64,000 bases of DNA from positions 2,790,001 through 2,854,000 of the forward strand of contig NC_089436.1 in the NCBI RefSeq assembly GCF_026210795.1, written 5' to 3'. Position numbers and translations under genes: made by a program. How positions within the stretch are numbered: the first letter of the stretch is position 1; each line of letters starts with the position of its first letter. The stretch is from Rhizophagus irregularis (taxonomy: Eukaryota). Under the pieces are notes generated by a model, which searched no databases, was not told the origin of the DNA, and worked only from the letters and a program-made list of their open reading frames with translations. Shown piece after piece: positions 37,557-49,872 of the stretch.

Positions 37557-39360
37557 ATGACGTCAAAAACTTCAGAGTCCGCAATTGATACCGCTATTAC
37601 CGCTAAAGAAGATGAACTAATAAGATATTTACATATCTTAGATACGTTAGCTTATGATTCTTTAGCAGCCCAACTTCAATATTTTGAGAAGGAAATTCGA
37701 AATCAAGCACCTTCCATAATTAAACATTTGAAATGGGTTGCGTCAAAAAAATATATGTGCTTTTATGAGGTCAAAAAATCTTTATTAAAATCTGGCGATT
37801 TTATAGACATTAACAAGCTTAAAATATCAAACAAAAATAAACTATCTAATTTAGTAAGACGTTCAAACATAACTCATTTTTTCAATTTGTTATTTGCAAA
37901 TTTTGATCCCGCTGTGCCGGATCTCCAAAAAGTAGATATTAAATCTTTCTTTAAATACGTCGTACCACCAAATTTGATGCAATCTGAAAAAATCTGGGAT
38001 CAAGATCTTAACTTGAGAGTACAAATATATATTTCTATACTTAACAAGAATCCTCAAAAAAATTTGTGCAATATTATGTTTCCAGTCGTTATTGAAGGTG
38101 GTCCACCAATGTATAAGGAAACATATATGAAAGTTCGTAATATTGTCAACAGTTGTTCCGAAGATGTGGACAAGTTGACAAAAGAGTTTAAATGGGGAAA
38201 ATTTGTCGAGGAGATGTTCAAAGATTTATCCAAAATAATTAATGAAGTAAATAAATTTGAGATACCTTTATTGTATAAGTATACTTCGGACGAGGCTTCA
38301 CATATACCATCATCTAGTTCAGAAAATATCGCTATTGTTGAAGACGCATCACGAAAAGAAATTGATAGTAATGCAAAGAAACGTAGATTAGCTGATATTG
38401 AAAGAGATGATTTTTTTTCTGATAACCTAGGCGATTCTTTTACAAGAAGAGAAGAAATGGTACAAAAGATGTCTACCGTTAACATTAATGGTAATCAATC
38501 AGTAGAGCGTACTCAAAGCGATTTATTACTTAATAACGATGGTGAATCACATACTTTCACTCCAAGGTGAGTTAAATTTTAATTTTAAAGTCCCCTTTTG
38601 ATTTTTTTTTTCTACATTTACATTTTTTGATTAATTATCAATATTAAGTCGAAGAACAACAAGGAGTGAACGTAATAATAAGTCAAACAGTAGTAACCGA
38701 AGTAACCGAAGGGCAACAATTCCTAAGTACGAAAATTGTTTATTTAATCAATTAATATATAGTCCTAAATTTAAATTATCTTTTTTTTTTTTTAGGCGAA
38801 AAACAATAGAGCGTTCATCAAGTTCTTTGACGAGTATGATTGTGGATCAGCCTGAAGCAGTAGATGATAGGTAAGTTAAATGTTTATCTTTGCTCGAAGA
38901 TTAATATCTAACGTATGATTATTCCAGGCGAACGTCATCAGAAGAATCGTCTGTAGAGCGAAGTCCAGAAGTTGAAAATAATTCCAGGTTGGTTATGATT
39001 TATTATTTCATTATATTATTGATTTTCTATTCATATCATAATCAGCTAATTCAATACCTTTTTTTTTTTAGGAAAAAGAGCAAGAGAAGAGTAGTAGTAG
39101 ATAATTCTGACAATTCTGATTACGAAGAAACTACAAGATCGAAACGAACTAAGTGGACTGATGAAGAATTGGATGCACTTGAAGAAGGTATGCGTCAATA
39201 TGGAAAGCAATGGGCAGCTATAAAGAAGAATTATGGAGAAAAAGGACAAGTCCTCGAGAATCGATCTGCAGGTCAGCTGAAAGATAAGGCACGTAGCGAA
39301 CAAACTCGACGAAAAAGAGAAAATATTGATACTGGTGTCTTTGCGATCATAGATCTCTAA
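37557..39360 (+). CDS. Telobox Myb/SANT DNA-binding protein (Tbf1/TRF-like)
   Basis: Exons 37557-38566, 38649-38726, 38796-38870, 38928-38987, 39072-39360 join in frame through phase-2 introns. C-terminal KWTDEELDALEEGMRQYGKQWAAIK..LENRSAGQLKDKAR matches the telobox LKDKxR signature; helical N-terminal domain and S/R-rich linker. Confidence 0.85.
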
Positions 39361-41300
39361 TTTTTTTCAAAAATATCTATATCAGATATATACTACATAT
39401 ACTGTATGTACAAAAAAAATCGAACTTTATATATAAATGAAAAATTTAGAACTTATTTTTTTTTTCATGTTTAAGAAAAATTTATAGTTATAGTTATAAA
39501 TGTAAAATTACTTAGCTTAGTAAAATTTCTCAAACAGAAAAAAATCAATTAATAAATGACTTTATTAAAGATTATTTTTGAATAGGAAATATTGTAATAC
39601 CGAAAATCCCTTGGATTATCTTTTAGTGAATGCTTAGTAAATATTTTTTATTATACAAATTGGATATTTTTATAATAAATAAAAGAGAAACTTAGGAAGT
39701 GATATAATATTAAAATCACTAAATATTTAAAATAAAATAAAAGTTTAACAGTTTTTTTTTTTATTCACGAGTACGATGATTATTGAATAGGAGTTAAAAA
39801 TTGTATATAGATTTTCTTATTTATTAAATTTAGAAAGGATGAAAAATCTTGAATCTTTTCCGAAAATACCTACAATCACGTAATATTACGAAAGATTTTA
39901 AACGTAATACTTGAAACAATGAAACATCAACCACACGATCACATAGTAACATTTCAAATCATCTACAGTATATATTCAGTGCAAGGAGTTTTTTGTACTT
40001 TACATTTCGCTTAATTAACGCAACCGCAAGTGTTTCATTTTACTTTATCATCTAATATGATCATCAAATAATCGTTATACCATATTTATTTCGATAAGTA
40101 CCACCACAATTCAATTTCTTTTCGAAAATCTTAAATCTTTAAAAGATTTTCGGTAAAATTGATGGCATACAGGTATTATTTAATGGAATAATTTTTTTTT
40201 TAAAAAAAAAAAAAATTTTACTCATTTTCCCTCCTTTTAAAATTAGTATATTCAAATAAAACAAGAATCAAGGAAATTAAAAGAATTATCCTCAACATCC
40301 GATAATGCGACAATCACATCAAGAAGAATCTTGATTTAGCAAAATCATCAATTGAAATCTATGTATAGTCCCGGTAATTATTTGTATTAAAAAAAGAAAC
40401 TTTTAAAATCTGACAGCCTTATAACTAGTTAGAGTGGTCAGCCATTAATTACATTATTCATACTTGATTACCAATTTTATTATTTTAAAGGATTTGGTGT
40501 ATTTGGTGTATAGAAACTTAAAGTTGATGGTTTGCAGAATCACGTGCTTGAGAAAAGCTGATTTATATATCACGTGTTTATAACATTAATTCTTCGATAT
40601 ATAAATTATTTATTCGTCATCACAATGTTTTCTGATGAATTTCAGTATTTAGTTTTAAAATTACTAAATATATTTTATTCTCGTTCACACAAACGAATAT
40701 TACATGGCGATGTTTGTTTTATATCGCTGAACTTGGAAAAAAATTCTTGGCTGAGTACAAATGTTTGTAGCACGTAAATAATATCCTCAATTCATTGAAT
40801 AATAAACCATACTCTATACAAGTTTATTGCGGAAAAGAAATTCATTCTTTCACTCTTTTTTTTACAAAACGACTTTTCGTTTGTATAATGTTTAAAAATA
40901 TTACAAATATTAATTATGCCGAATATATTAAGTATATTACAAAATTATCTGTAACTTTTTTAATAAGGATTATTAAGGATATAAAAAATCTATATTATTT
41001 GTATTATTAAATCTAAATTTAATTGGTTATATAACTAATATAAAGTTTTGACGCCTAAGGTATAATCTAGTCAAATAAAAATCGTTATGCATAATTTTTG
41101 TAATCGGCATGACTTTTTTTTGTGTCACTATTATTTTTAGAAAATTGGTAATAATTTTTTTTTTTAGGTAAGCATCGATCACTTCCATTTGGAGTTTTAT
41201 TTTTTCGGGACGTGAAACGTCAAACGAGTAAAGAAAAACGCCTTTAATTTTTTTTGAACTACATTTAACAAAAAAAATTCTCCTTTACCTTAATAACGCG

Positions 41301-44033
41301 ATGTCATTAAATAATATTTTAAAAGATGATGAAGAATTTTTAAAAGAATTTTTAAAAGAATTTTATCGTCAAATTATAAAGATAGAATATTATCCTAAAT
41401 TTGAAAATATTTTATTAGAATGGACAAAAGATTATCTTAATAATAATGAAAAAGATTTTGAAATGATTTTAAGTTTGATGAAAAATCATAAAGAAAATGA
41501 AAATTGGTTTTCAAGTTTAATTGGATTTTTTTATATAAATAATAATAATATTATTATAAAAGGTCAAAATGAAGAAGAAGATGATGATGATGATAAAAAT
41601 ACAAATAATAATATTATTATTGATGATAATAAAATTTTAAAATTATATTTATCATCAATTAATAATTATTATAATAATAATAAGAATAAAAAATTGATTT
41701 CTATTTATCAATTACTTAATATTATTATTTCAAAATATTTATTATCAATTCATTATTATAAAGATATAATTTTTGATAAAAAAAAGAATTTGATTGATGA
41801 AAAAGAAGAATTAAATGTATTATCATATGATCAATTTGAAAATTTTAATGGATTGGAAATAAATTTATTTAAGGATGAAATAAATCTTATGGAAAATTAT
41901 TTTAAATCTATGATAAATGATGATGATGATGATGATAAAGATTTTAATGAAAATCAATTAGATTATATTAAAAGAAAAGAATTAGAAGAATTAAATAATT
42001 TAGGATATTGTTATCAATTTGGATTTGGAATTAAAAAAAATGAATTTAAAGCATTTGAATTTTATTTTAAATCTTCAGAAGGTGGAAATTCTAATGCAAA
42101 AAATAATTTAGGTTATTGTTATCAATATGGAATTGGAATAACAAAAGATGAAAAGAAAGCATTTGAATCATATTTTAAAGCTTCTAATGAAGGAAATTCA
42201 CGTGCACAATATAATTTAGGTATTTGTTATCAAAATGGAATAGGAATAAATAAAGATGATAAGAAAGCTCTTGTATATTATATTAAATCTGCAAAGTCTG
42301 GATATTCAATTGCACAAAATAAACTAGGTAATTATTATTTAAATGAAATTGAAACAGGAAAAGATTTAGAAAAGGCTATTTATTGGTTCATCGAAGCTGC
42401 AGAAAATGGAAATAAATTTGCTCAATATAATTTAGGTAATCTTTATAAAAATGGTGATGGTGTAAATAAAGATGAAAGAAAAGCTTTTAAATATTATAAA
42501 AAATCTGCCAATCAAGAATATTTAGATGCTATATTTGAACTTGGATATTGTTATGAAAAAGGAATTGGAATTGATATTAATATATTAAAGGCAATTAAAT
42601 TATACAAAATTGCTGCTGAAAAAGAACATATTATTGCACAATGTAATCTTGGTATTTTATATGAAGATATAGAAGATATCGAATGTACTATTTATTGGTA
42701 TACTAAAGCAGCAGAAAATGGGTGTAAAATAGCACAATATAATTTAGCTTATTATTATAGAACTGGAAAAGAAGTTGAAAAGGATGATATTAAAGCATTT
42801 GAATATTATAAAAAATCGGCTGATCAAGGATATGTGGACGCTCAATTTGAACTTGGATGTTATTATTATGGAGGAATCGGAACTGAAGTTAATAAAGTAA
42901 AAGCATTTGAGTTATATAAAAAAGCAGCTGATAATAGTCATAAAGTTGCACAATATAATATTGGAATTTTATATAAATTAGGTGAAGGTATAGAAAAAAA
43001 TAAAATCAAAACTTTTGAATATTATAAGAAATCAGCTGATCAAGAATATCCGAGTGCTCAATTTGAACTTGGAAATTGTTACTATGAAGGAATTGGAACT
43101 GAAGTTAATAAAGTAAAAGCATTTGAATTATATGAAAGAGCAGCTGATTATGGTCATAAAGTTGCACAATATAATCTTGGGTTCTTATATAAAAATGGTG
43201 AAGGTATTGAAAAAGATGAAAGAAAAGCATTTGAATATTATAAAAAATCAGCTAATCAAGGTTATTTAAATGCCATAAGTAAACTTGGATATTGTTATTC
43301 TAATGGTATAGGAACTGAAGTTAATAAAGTAAAAGCATTTGAATTATATAGTATAGCAGCTAAGGCAGGGCATAATCATGCTCGAAATAGCTTGGGACTC
43401 GCATATGAAAATGGTGAAGGAACTGAAAAGAGTCTAGAACAAGCTTTTTGTTGGTTTAAGAAGGCAGCAGATGATGGATATGAAGTAGCACAATGTAATT
43501 TAGGTGAATATTATGAATTAGGGAATTTCGTAGATAAGGATGAAATTAAAGCATTTGAACTTTATAAAAAATCAGCTGAAAGTGGACATATAAGTGCAAA
43601 GTTTCAACTTGGGTATTTTTATGTAAATGGAATTGGAACTGAAATTAATAAAGAAAAAGGATTTGAATTATATAATGAGGCAGCTGGCAATAACTACCAA
43701 GAAAATTTTGAAGAAATAGTAAATGATTTAGATAAGGTTAATTATTGGTATCATAAAGCTGCAGAAAAAAATGATAATAAATATGCATTATATAAATTAG
43801 GTGAGATTTATGAATTAGGAAAGGGCGTTTGGGAAAATAAAGTTAGAGCATTTGAATTTTATAAAAAATCAGCTAATCTAGGATTTGCTGATGCTCAATT
43901 TAAACTTGGATACTGTTATGAAAATGGTGTTGGGACTGATATGAATAAAGAAAAGGCATTTGGCTTATATAAGATGGCTGCAGAAGGAGGAAATATTTTT
44001 GCACAAAAAAGTCTTGCGTATTTATATGAATGA
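41301..44033 (+). CDS. SEL1-repeat protein without kinase domain, 910 aa, intronless
   Basis: Long ORF; N-terminal FLKEFYRQII..WFSSLIGFFY domain with poly-N/poly-D tracts, then many SEL1 repeats. Confidence 0.92.
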   Translation: MSLNNILKDDEEFLKEFLKEFYRQIIKIEYYPKFENILLEWTKDYLNNNEKDFEMILSLMKNHKENENWFSSLIGFFYINNNNIIIKGQNEEEDDDDDKNTNNNIIIDDNKILKLYLSSINNYYNNNKNKKLISIYQLLNIIISKYLLSIHYYKDIIFDKKKNLIDEKEELNVLSYDQFENFNGLEINLFKDEINLMENYFKSMINDDDDDDKDFNENQLDYIKRKELEELNNLGYCYQFGFGIKKNEFKAFEFYFKSSEGGNSNAKNNLGYCYQYGIGITKDEKKAFESYFKASNEGNSRAQYNLGICYQNGIGINKDDKKALVYYIKSAKSGYSIAQNKLGNYYLNEIETGKDLEKAIYWFIEAAENGNKFAQYNLGNLYKNGDGVNKDERKAFKYYKKSANQEYLDAIFELGYCYEKGIGIDINILKAIKLYKIAAEKEHIIAQCNLGILYEDIEDIECTIYWYTKAAENGCKIAQYNLAYYYRTGKEVEKDDIKAFEYYKKSADQGYVDAQFELGCYYYGGIGTEVNKVKAFELYKKAADNSHKVAQYNIGILYKLGEGIEKNKIKTFEYYKKSADQEYPSAQFELGNCYYEGIGTEVNKVKAFELYERAADYGHKVAQYNLGFLYKNGEGIEKDERKAFEYYKKSANQGYLNAISKLGYCYSNGIGTEVNKVKAFELYSIAAKAGHNHARNSLGLAYENGEGTEKSLEQAFCWFKKAADDGYEVAQCNLGEYYELGNFVDKDEIKAFELYKKSAESGHISAKFQLGYFYVNGIGTEINKEKGFELYNEAAGNNYQENFEEIVNDLDKVNYWYHKAAEKNDNKYALYKLGEIYELGKGVWENKVRAFEFYKKSANLGFADAQFKLGYCYENGVGTDMNKEKAFGLYKMAAEGGNIFAQKSLAYLYE

Positions 44034-44301
44034 ACATAGTGATAGTGAAGGGACTAACAAAAATATAGAAATTGCTATTTATTAGTACGACGAAGCTGTA
44101 GAAAATTGATATTTAGACGTTAAAGAGAATCTATTCTTTTGAACAAATAGTTAGTATATTTTATACTTTTAATAAACGTTATTCATTCTATTCTATTGTT
44201 ATTGTTTTAACATTTTTACAATTAATAAATATGTTATTTATTGTTTAATAACATTGAGGTTTTGAAAATAATTTCCAATTGGTGATTCAAAATCATAAGT
44301 A

Positions 44302-44397
44302 CCCTATAAAAAAATTCCGATAAATGATCATTTTTCTAGTTTTTATTCTGAAGAAACTCAAACACGTGATAATTTTTCTGAAAAATTTTTTATAGGG
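44302..44397. mobile_element. CCCTA-type MITE, 96 bp
   Basis: CCCTATAAAAAAATT ... AATTTTTTATAGGG with 3-bp TSD GTA. Confidence 0.88.
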
Positions 44398-46063
44398 GTA
44401 ACGTTATTAAATATTTATAGGGTTTATTATCCATTGAATGTTTGGTATAAATAGAATAAACATCACATACTGTATGTATATTCAAAAGTTATGTTAATTT
44501 GTTTACTATTTATTTCTTTGAAGTCATTTTAAATTACAGCAATATATACAATGGTAAATATTGAGCAAGCTTCTGATTGAATCAGGATCCATGTATAGTT
44601 AGATCGATACTCCCTAAAACTTAAAATTGTACAACCGTATGATGAGAAATTTCGTAAAATGATTTATAATATTAAATCTCTACTTAGATACCGATTTACG
44701 GCTAAAAGTTAGAAACTAATTACTTGGTAATGAATATAATAAGAAAACTTTCTCCATACGTTTTAAAAAACATTTAACCGACTTGCTTACCTTGGAAGCT
44801 GACGGCCTGTAATCGTTGCCCCAGATACAATCAAATGTAATAAAATTTCAAAGAACTCAGTAAGAAATTTCTACGCTTGAGGATTTTTACCTAACTATTG
44901 CCTTTCATTATACAGCTTTATACTGACAGATATGACACAATTATTCGAACTCTTCAAACAGTGGAATCACAATTTTCTTTCAAATTAAGTTGCAACCCGC
45001 ACGCCGTATCAACCAACAAACAGCACATACAATTACTATCATTACGATCATATCAAACAATTTTCCAAACTCAATATGAACGTTACATACTGAATTTCTT
45101 TGACGTCTTCGAACTTTCTTTATAGTGAAACAGGATTTCTATTTGGAATTTCGATTTATCTTTCCACTCTGTACATGATATTCTATAAATCGTCTGGTGC
45201 CACGCATTCCTTAGAGTAATCGTTTATTTTAAAGAGCCAGTCTGTTTTTAGTGGTTATTGTTTTAATTGTTATTGTTTAATAGGTTAAATTAGCATAGTT
45301 TAATTTTAGTGATTGGCTTTTCTTTTTAGCTTATTTTTTTTTGTAATTATCAATATTTACTCTTCTATATAAAATAAGATAACAAAAATATTATCGGTCA
45401 TGTCAAAGTACTAAGGTAAATACTTATCGACGTGCGATATATTACGTTTTCCGTTCATCTCTTTCTATTTCAACAGATATGTGGGCTTAATTATCAAATT
45501 ATTGGTTATTAATGAAGTTTTCATTTCACACGTTCTTGTGGCAGCTATTTTCAATGTATTAGTGATAATGAAGTATTGTTGCATTCATTAGAATAATAAA
45601 ATAGGGCCCATAATATGTGTATACATTTAAATTGGACAAAATTAATACTAGTTTTCCTGATCACTAATTCTAGTTATCGCCTTATCGGCTATTCAAAAAC
45701 TCTTTTGGGCGTACAGTATGATATCTTATTTATATTTATTAGATATGATGCCTTTATTAATGATACAAATAATACTAAAAGATTTCGCTCAAGATCTAAT
45801 ACTTTTTAAACAGAAGCTTATTACTGTATGATGTAATTTTGATACACAGGCGCATATATTTAATATACGAGTGTAACACAAAATTATTTACGCCAGACCA
45901 ATACAATCATTACAAAAAAAGGCAACAAGCGGATTGCTGATCTCATTACCCGATTTATTTTTTCTTTGTAACGAATATAAAGTCAACTTCTATTCTATTT
46001 CTTTTTTTTAAAAAAAAAATTTTGATTACAAAAACTCCTCAAAAAAAAAAAAAAAAAAAAAAA

Positions 46064-48391
46064 ATGTCTTTTAGTAACACTATAACAAAAGGTGATGAAA
46101 ATTTTTTAAAAGAATTTTTAAAAGATTTTTATCGTCAGGTTATAAAGATAAAATATTATCCTAAATTTGAAAATATTTTAACGGAATGGACGAAAGATTA
46201 TTTTAATAATAATGAAAAAAATCCTGAAATAATTTTAAAATTAATGGAAGAACATGAAGAAAGTGATAATTGGTTTTCAAGTTTAATAGGATTTTTTTAT
46301 AATCATAATATAGGTTATGTTGTTAAAGAAAAAAAATCTTTAAAATTATATTTATTATCAATTAATAATTATAAAAATAAAAAGTTAATTTCTAGTATGT
46401 ATCAATTACTTAATATTATTATTGCGAAATATTTAATATCAATTCATTATTATAAAGATATTATTTGTAATAAGAAGAATTTAATTGAAAAAGAATTGAA
46501 TGTAATGACATATAACCAGTTTGAAGTTTTTAATGGATTGGAAATAAATTTGTGTAAAGATGAGATAAATACTATGGAAAAATACTTTGAATTACTGGAT
46601 AATAATGGTTTTAATGAAAATCAAATAGATTATACTAAAAAGAAAGAATTGGAAGAACTAAATAATTTAGGTTACTGCTATCAATTTGGAATGGGAAAAA
46701 ATAAGGATAGTTTTAAAGCGTTTGAATATTATTTAAAATCGGCAGAAGGGGAAAATTCTGATGCATTAAATAATTTAGGTTATTGTTATCAAAATGGAAT
46801 TGGAATAACAAATGATGAAAATAAAGCATTTGAATTGTATTTTAAAGCTGCTAATAAGGGAAATTTACGTGCGCAATATAATTTAGGCGTTTGTTATCAA
46901 AATGGAATAGGAATTATTAAAGATGATAAGAAAGCTCTTGAATATTATATTAAATCTACTAAGGATGGATATTCAATTGCACAAAATAAACTAGGTAATT
47001 ATTATTTAAATGAAATTGAAACAGGAAAAGATTTAGAAAAGGCTATTTATTGGTTTATCGAAGCTGCAGAAAATGGAAATAAATTTGCTCAATATAATTT
47101 AGGTAATCTTTATAAAAATGGGGATTGTGTAAATAAAGATGAAAGAAAAGCATTTGAATATTATAAAAAATCAGCCAACCAAGAATATTTGGATGCTCAA
47201 TTTGAACTTGGATATTGTTATGATAATGGAATTGGAGTTGAAATTAATAAATTAAAAGCGCTAAAGTTTTATAAAATTGCTGCTGTAAAAGGACATGTTA
47301 TTGCACAAAATAATCTTGCAAGTTTATATGAAAGTGGAGATATTTTAGAAGTAAATTATGAAAAAGCCATTTACTGGTATACTAAAGCAGCAGAAAATGG
47401 GCATAAAATAGCACAATATGAATTATTTTGTTTCTATAAATTTGGTACATCAGTTGAACAAAATGAAGTTAAAGCATTTGAATACTGTAAAAATTCAGCT
47501 GAGCAAGGGTATTTAGAAGCTCAATTTGAACTTGGATATTGTTATGATAAAGGGATTGGGGTTGAAGTTGATGTGTCAAGAGCATATGAGCTATATAAAA
47601 TAGCAGCTAAAAAAGGGCATAAGATTGCACAAAATAATCTTGGTGTTTTATATTTTTTAGGTGAAGGGACGGAAAAAAATGTGGAAAAAAGTTTATATTG
47701 GTTTAATAAGGCAGCAGAAAATGGATGTAAATTTGCACAATATAATTTAGGTGAATGTTATGAGTTAGGAAATGGTGCGAATAAAGATGAAATTAAAGCA
47801 TTTGAATATTATAAGAAATCAACTGAAAACGGACATATGGAAGCAAAATTTCAACTCGGATATTGTTATGTAAATGGTATTGGAACAGAAATTAATATAG
47901 AAAAAGGATTTGAATTATATAATGAGGCAGCTGGTGGTGATTTCCAAGATAATTTTGATGAAATAGAATATGATTTAGATAAAATTAATTATTGGTATCA
48001 TAAAGCTGCAGAAAATGATAATAAATATGCATTATGTAAATTAGGGGAATTTCATGAACTAGGAAAGGGTATTGGTGAAAATAAAATTAGAGCATGTGAA
48101 TTTTATAAAAAATCAGCCGATCAGGGATTTGCTGACGCTCAATATAAAGTTGGATATTATTATGAGAAAGGAATTGGAATTGATGATATTAATAAAGAAA
48201 AGGCATTTGAATTATATAAGATGGCTGCAGAAGGAGGGAATATTTTTGCACAAAAAAGTCTTGCATATTTATATGAACATGGTGAAGGGACTAATAAAAA
48301 TATAGGAAATTCTATTTATTGGTACAACAAAGCTGTAGAAAATGGATATTTAGACGTTGTTATAGAGAATCTAGATACTATTTTCGAATAA
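46064..48391 (+). CDS. SEL1-repeat protein without kinase domain, 775 aa; tandem paralog of 41301-44033
   Basis: ATG at 46064 after a poly-A run (MSFSNTITKGDENFLKEFLKDFYRQ); collinear with the 41301 protein. Confidence 0.92.
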   Translation: MSFSNTITKGDENFLKEFLKDFYRQVIKIKYYPKFENILTEWTKDYFNNNEKNPEIILKLMEEHEESDNWFSSLIGFFYNHNIGYVVKEKKSLKLYLLSINNYKNKKLISSMYQLLNIIIAKYLISIHYYKDIICNKKNLIEKELNVMTYNQFEVFNGLEINLCKDEINTMEKYFELLDNNGFNENQIDYTKKKELEELNNLGYCYQFGMGKNKDSFKAFEYYLKSAEGENSDALNNLGYCYQNGIGITNDENKAFELYFKAANKGNLRAQYNLGVCYQNGIGIIKDDKKALEYYIKSTKDGYSIAQNKLGNYYLNEIETGKDLEKAIYWFIEAAENGNKFAQYNLGNLYKNGDCVNKDERKAFEYYKKSANQEYLDAQFELGYCYDNGIGVEINKLKALKFYKIAAVKGHVIAQNNLASLYESGDILEVNYEKAIYWYTKAAENGHKIAQYELFCFYKFGTSVEQNEVKAFEYCKNSAEQGYLEAQFELGYCYDKGIGVEVDVSRAYELYKIAAKKGHKIAQNNLGVLYFLGEGTEKNVEKSLYWFNKAAENGCKFAQYNLGECYELGNGANKDEIKAFEYYKKSTENGHMEAKFQLGYCYVNGIGTEINIEKGFELYNEAAGGDFQDNFDEIEYDLDKINYWYHKAAENDNKYALCKLGEFHELGKGIGENKIRACEFYKKSADQGFADAQYKVGYYYEKGIGIDDINKEKAFELYKMAAEGGNIFAQKSLAYLYEHGEGTNKNIGNSIYWYNKAVENGYLDVVIENLDTIFE

Positions 48392-49542
48392 TAATTAATC
48401 TTTATTATTATTGATAAGTCGATAGATAGATAGTACATTTTATACATAATAGACATCGCTATTTATTCTATTCTACGTAAAGTCACATGCTTTACTGCGT
48501 TTAACGTATTTAAATGTTACAGGCATATCTTGGTTATGAAAGTAAGTCGTAATTTTGCCACAAGGAAGGCCTAACTTATATAAAAAGCATGTAAATTTAA
48601 AAACTTTTTCATATGTTAAAATAAATTTATTTTATTTTAATATATATATATATATATTAATACAGCTAAAAAGTTTTATATATAAAAAACCCAACCCAAT
48701 TATTTTAGCAACGAGGCAACGAAAATTCAAGTTTTCCCGTCGGATTTTGTGTAGCTTGTCATTCAATTCTTCATTTGTTAAAGAAATTAAAAATAAAGTT
48801 TTAAAATGATTTTTCCCAATTTTTTAATTTGCCTTCATTGAACGAAATTGTGTCACTACAGATTTGCATAATTATCACCAATCACCAATCAACTAATCTT
48901 TTAAATTATTTTCTAGAATGGGCGTACAAATTATTATCCCAAACGTTTTGTAATTATTTTTGGTATTACCTGCATTATTGATAATGTACACTAGTTGCTT
49001 TTTATTTTGTGTCACAAAATCACAAAATCATCGACAGATGGCAACCTCACATGACTCTGAATCCGATATCTTTTAAACCCTGACAATCTACTTTTTTATT
49101 ATTTAGTTTCTTCTCTTTGAAAAAAAAAGGTTTTTTTTCTTTTCCTTTTTTTTTTGTCTTGAAAGTACGGTAGAAATTCCTGTATCAAAAAAAAAAGAAA
49201 TATTTTTTTTTTGATTCAGTTCTCACTTTAAATAAATTTTTTTATATACTGTAAGTTATCCAAATAATTTTGATTAACACGCAAAAAAAAAATTTTTTTT
49301 ATCCTACTTTAATGTCTAAACTTTATTTTTAAATTATTTTCTCCTATTATTATTTCCATTAGTTTCTTTCTATTAGTATTAAAGAAAAAATGTCTGATAT
49401 AGATTCCGTTGCCACGATGAATCATAAATAACAACAAATAAGTGTAACCAATACAGAATACATTTCTTGCGACTTTTCAGGTGCAACATCTTACGCACCT
49501 AGCAATTATGAAGAATCATTTGTTACTCAGTCATTGTTCTCA

Positions 49543-49872
49543 ATTATGAGAACAAAAATGGCCTCAGTTATAAGGACAAAAATGTCCTCAGTTATAAGGA
49601 CAAAAGTGTCCTCAAATTATAAGGACAAAAATGTCCTCAATTACATGAACAAAAATGTCCTCAAAGTTGCAAGGACAAAATATACACAAATTTACAAGGA
49701 CAACAATGTCCTCAAAATTATGAGGACAAAAATGTCCTCAAGTTACAAGGACAAAAATGCCCTCAAGTTACAAGAACAACAATGTCCTTAATTACTAGGA
49801 TAAAATTGTCCTCAAGTTACAAGGACAGAAATGTCCATAAATTATGAGGACAAAAATGTCCGCGCTTATAAG
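49543..49872. repeat. Minisatellite of ~13 units (24-26 bp), each with a palindromic core
   Basis: Core (G/A)AGGACA-AAAA-TGTCCT(C) separated by short linkers such as AGTTATA, AAATTATA, AAGTTACA. Confidence 0.9.

Noticed and set aside
44560..45380. Possible degraded LINE fragment between the SEL1 paralogs
   Set aside because: Composition is suggestive, but I could not read diagnostic motifs or a TSD.
49543..49872. CRISPR-like appearance of palindromic repeats
   Set aside because: Linkers are only ~8-10 bp and similar to each other, there are no cas genes, and the context is eukaryotic.
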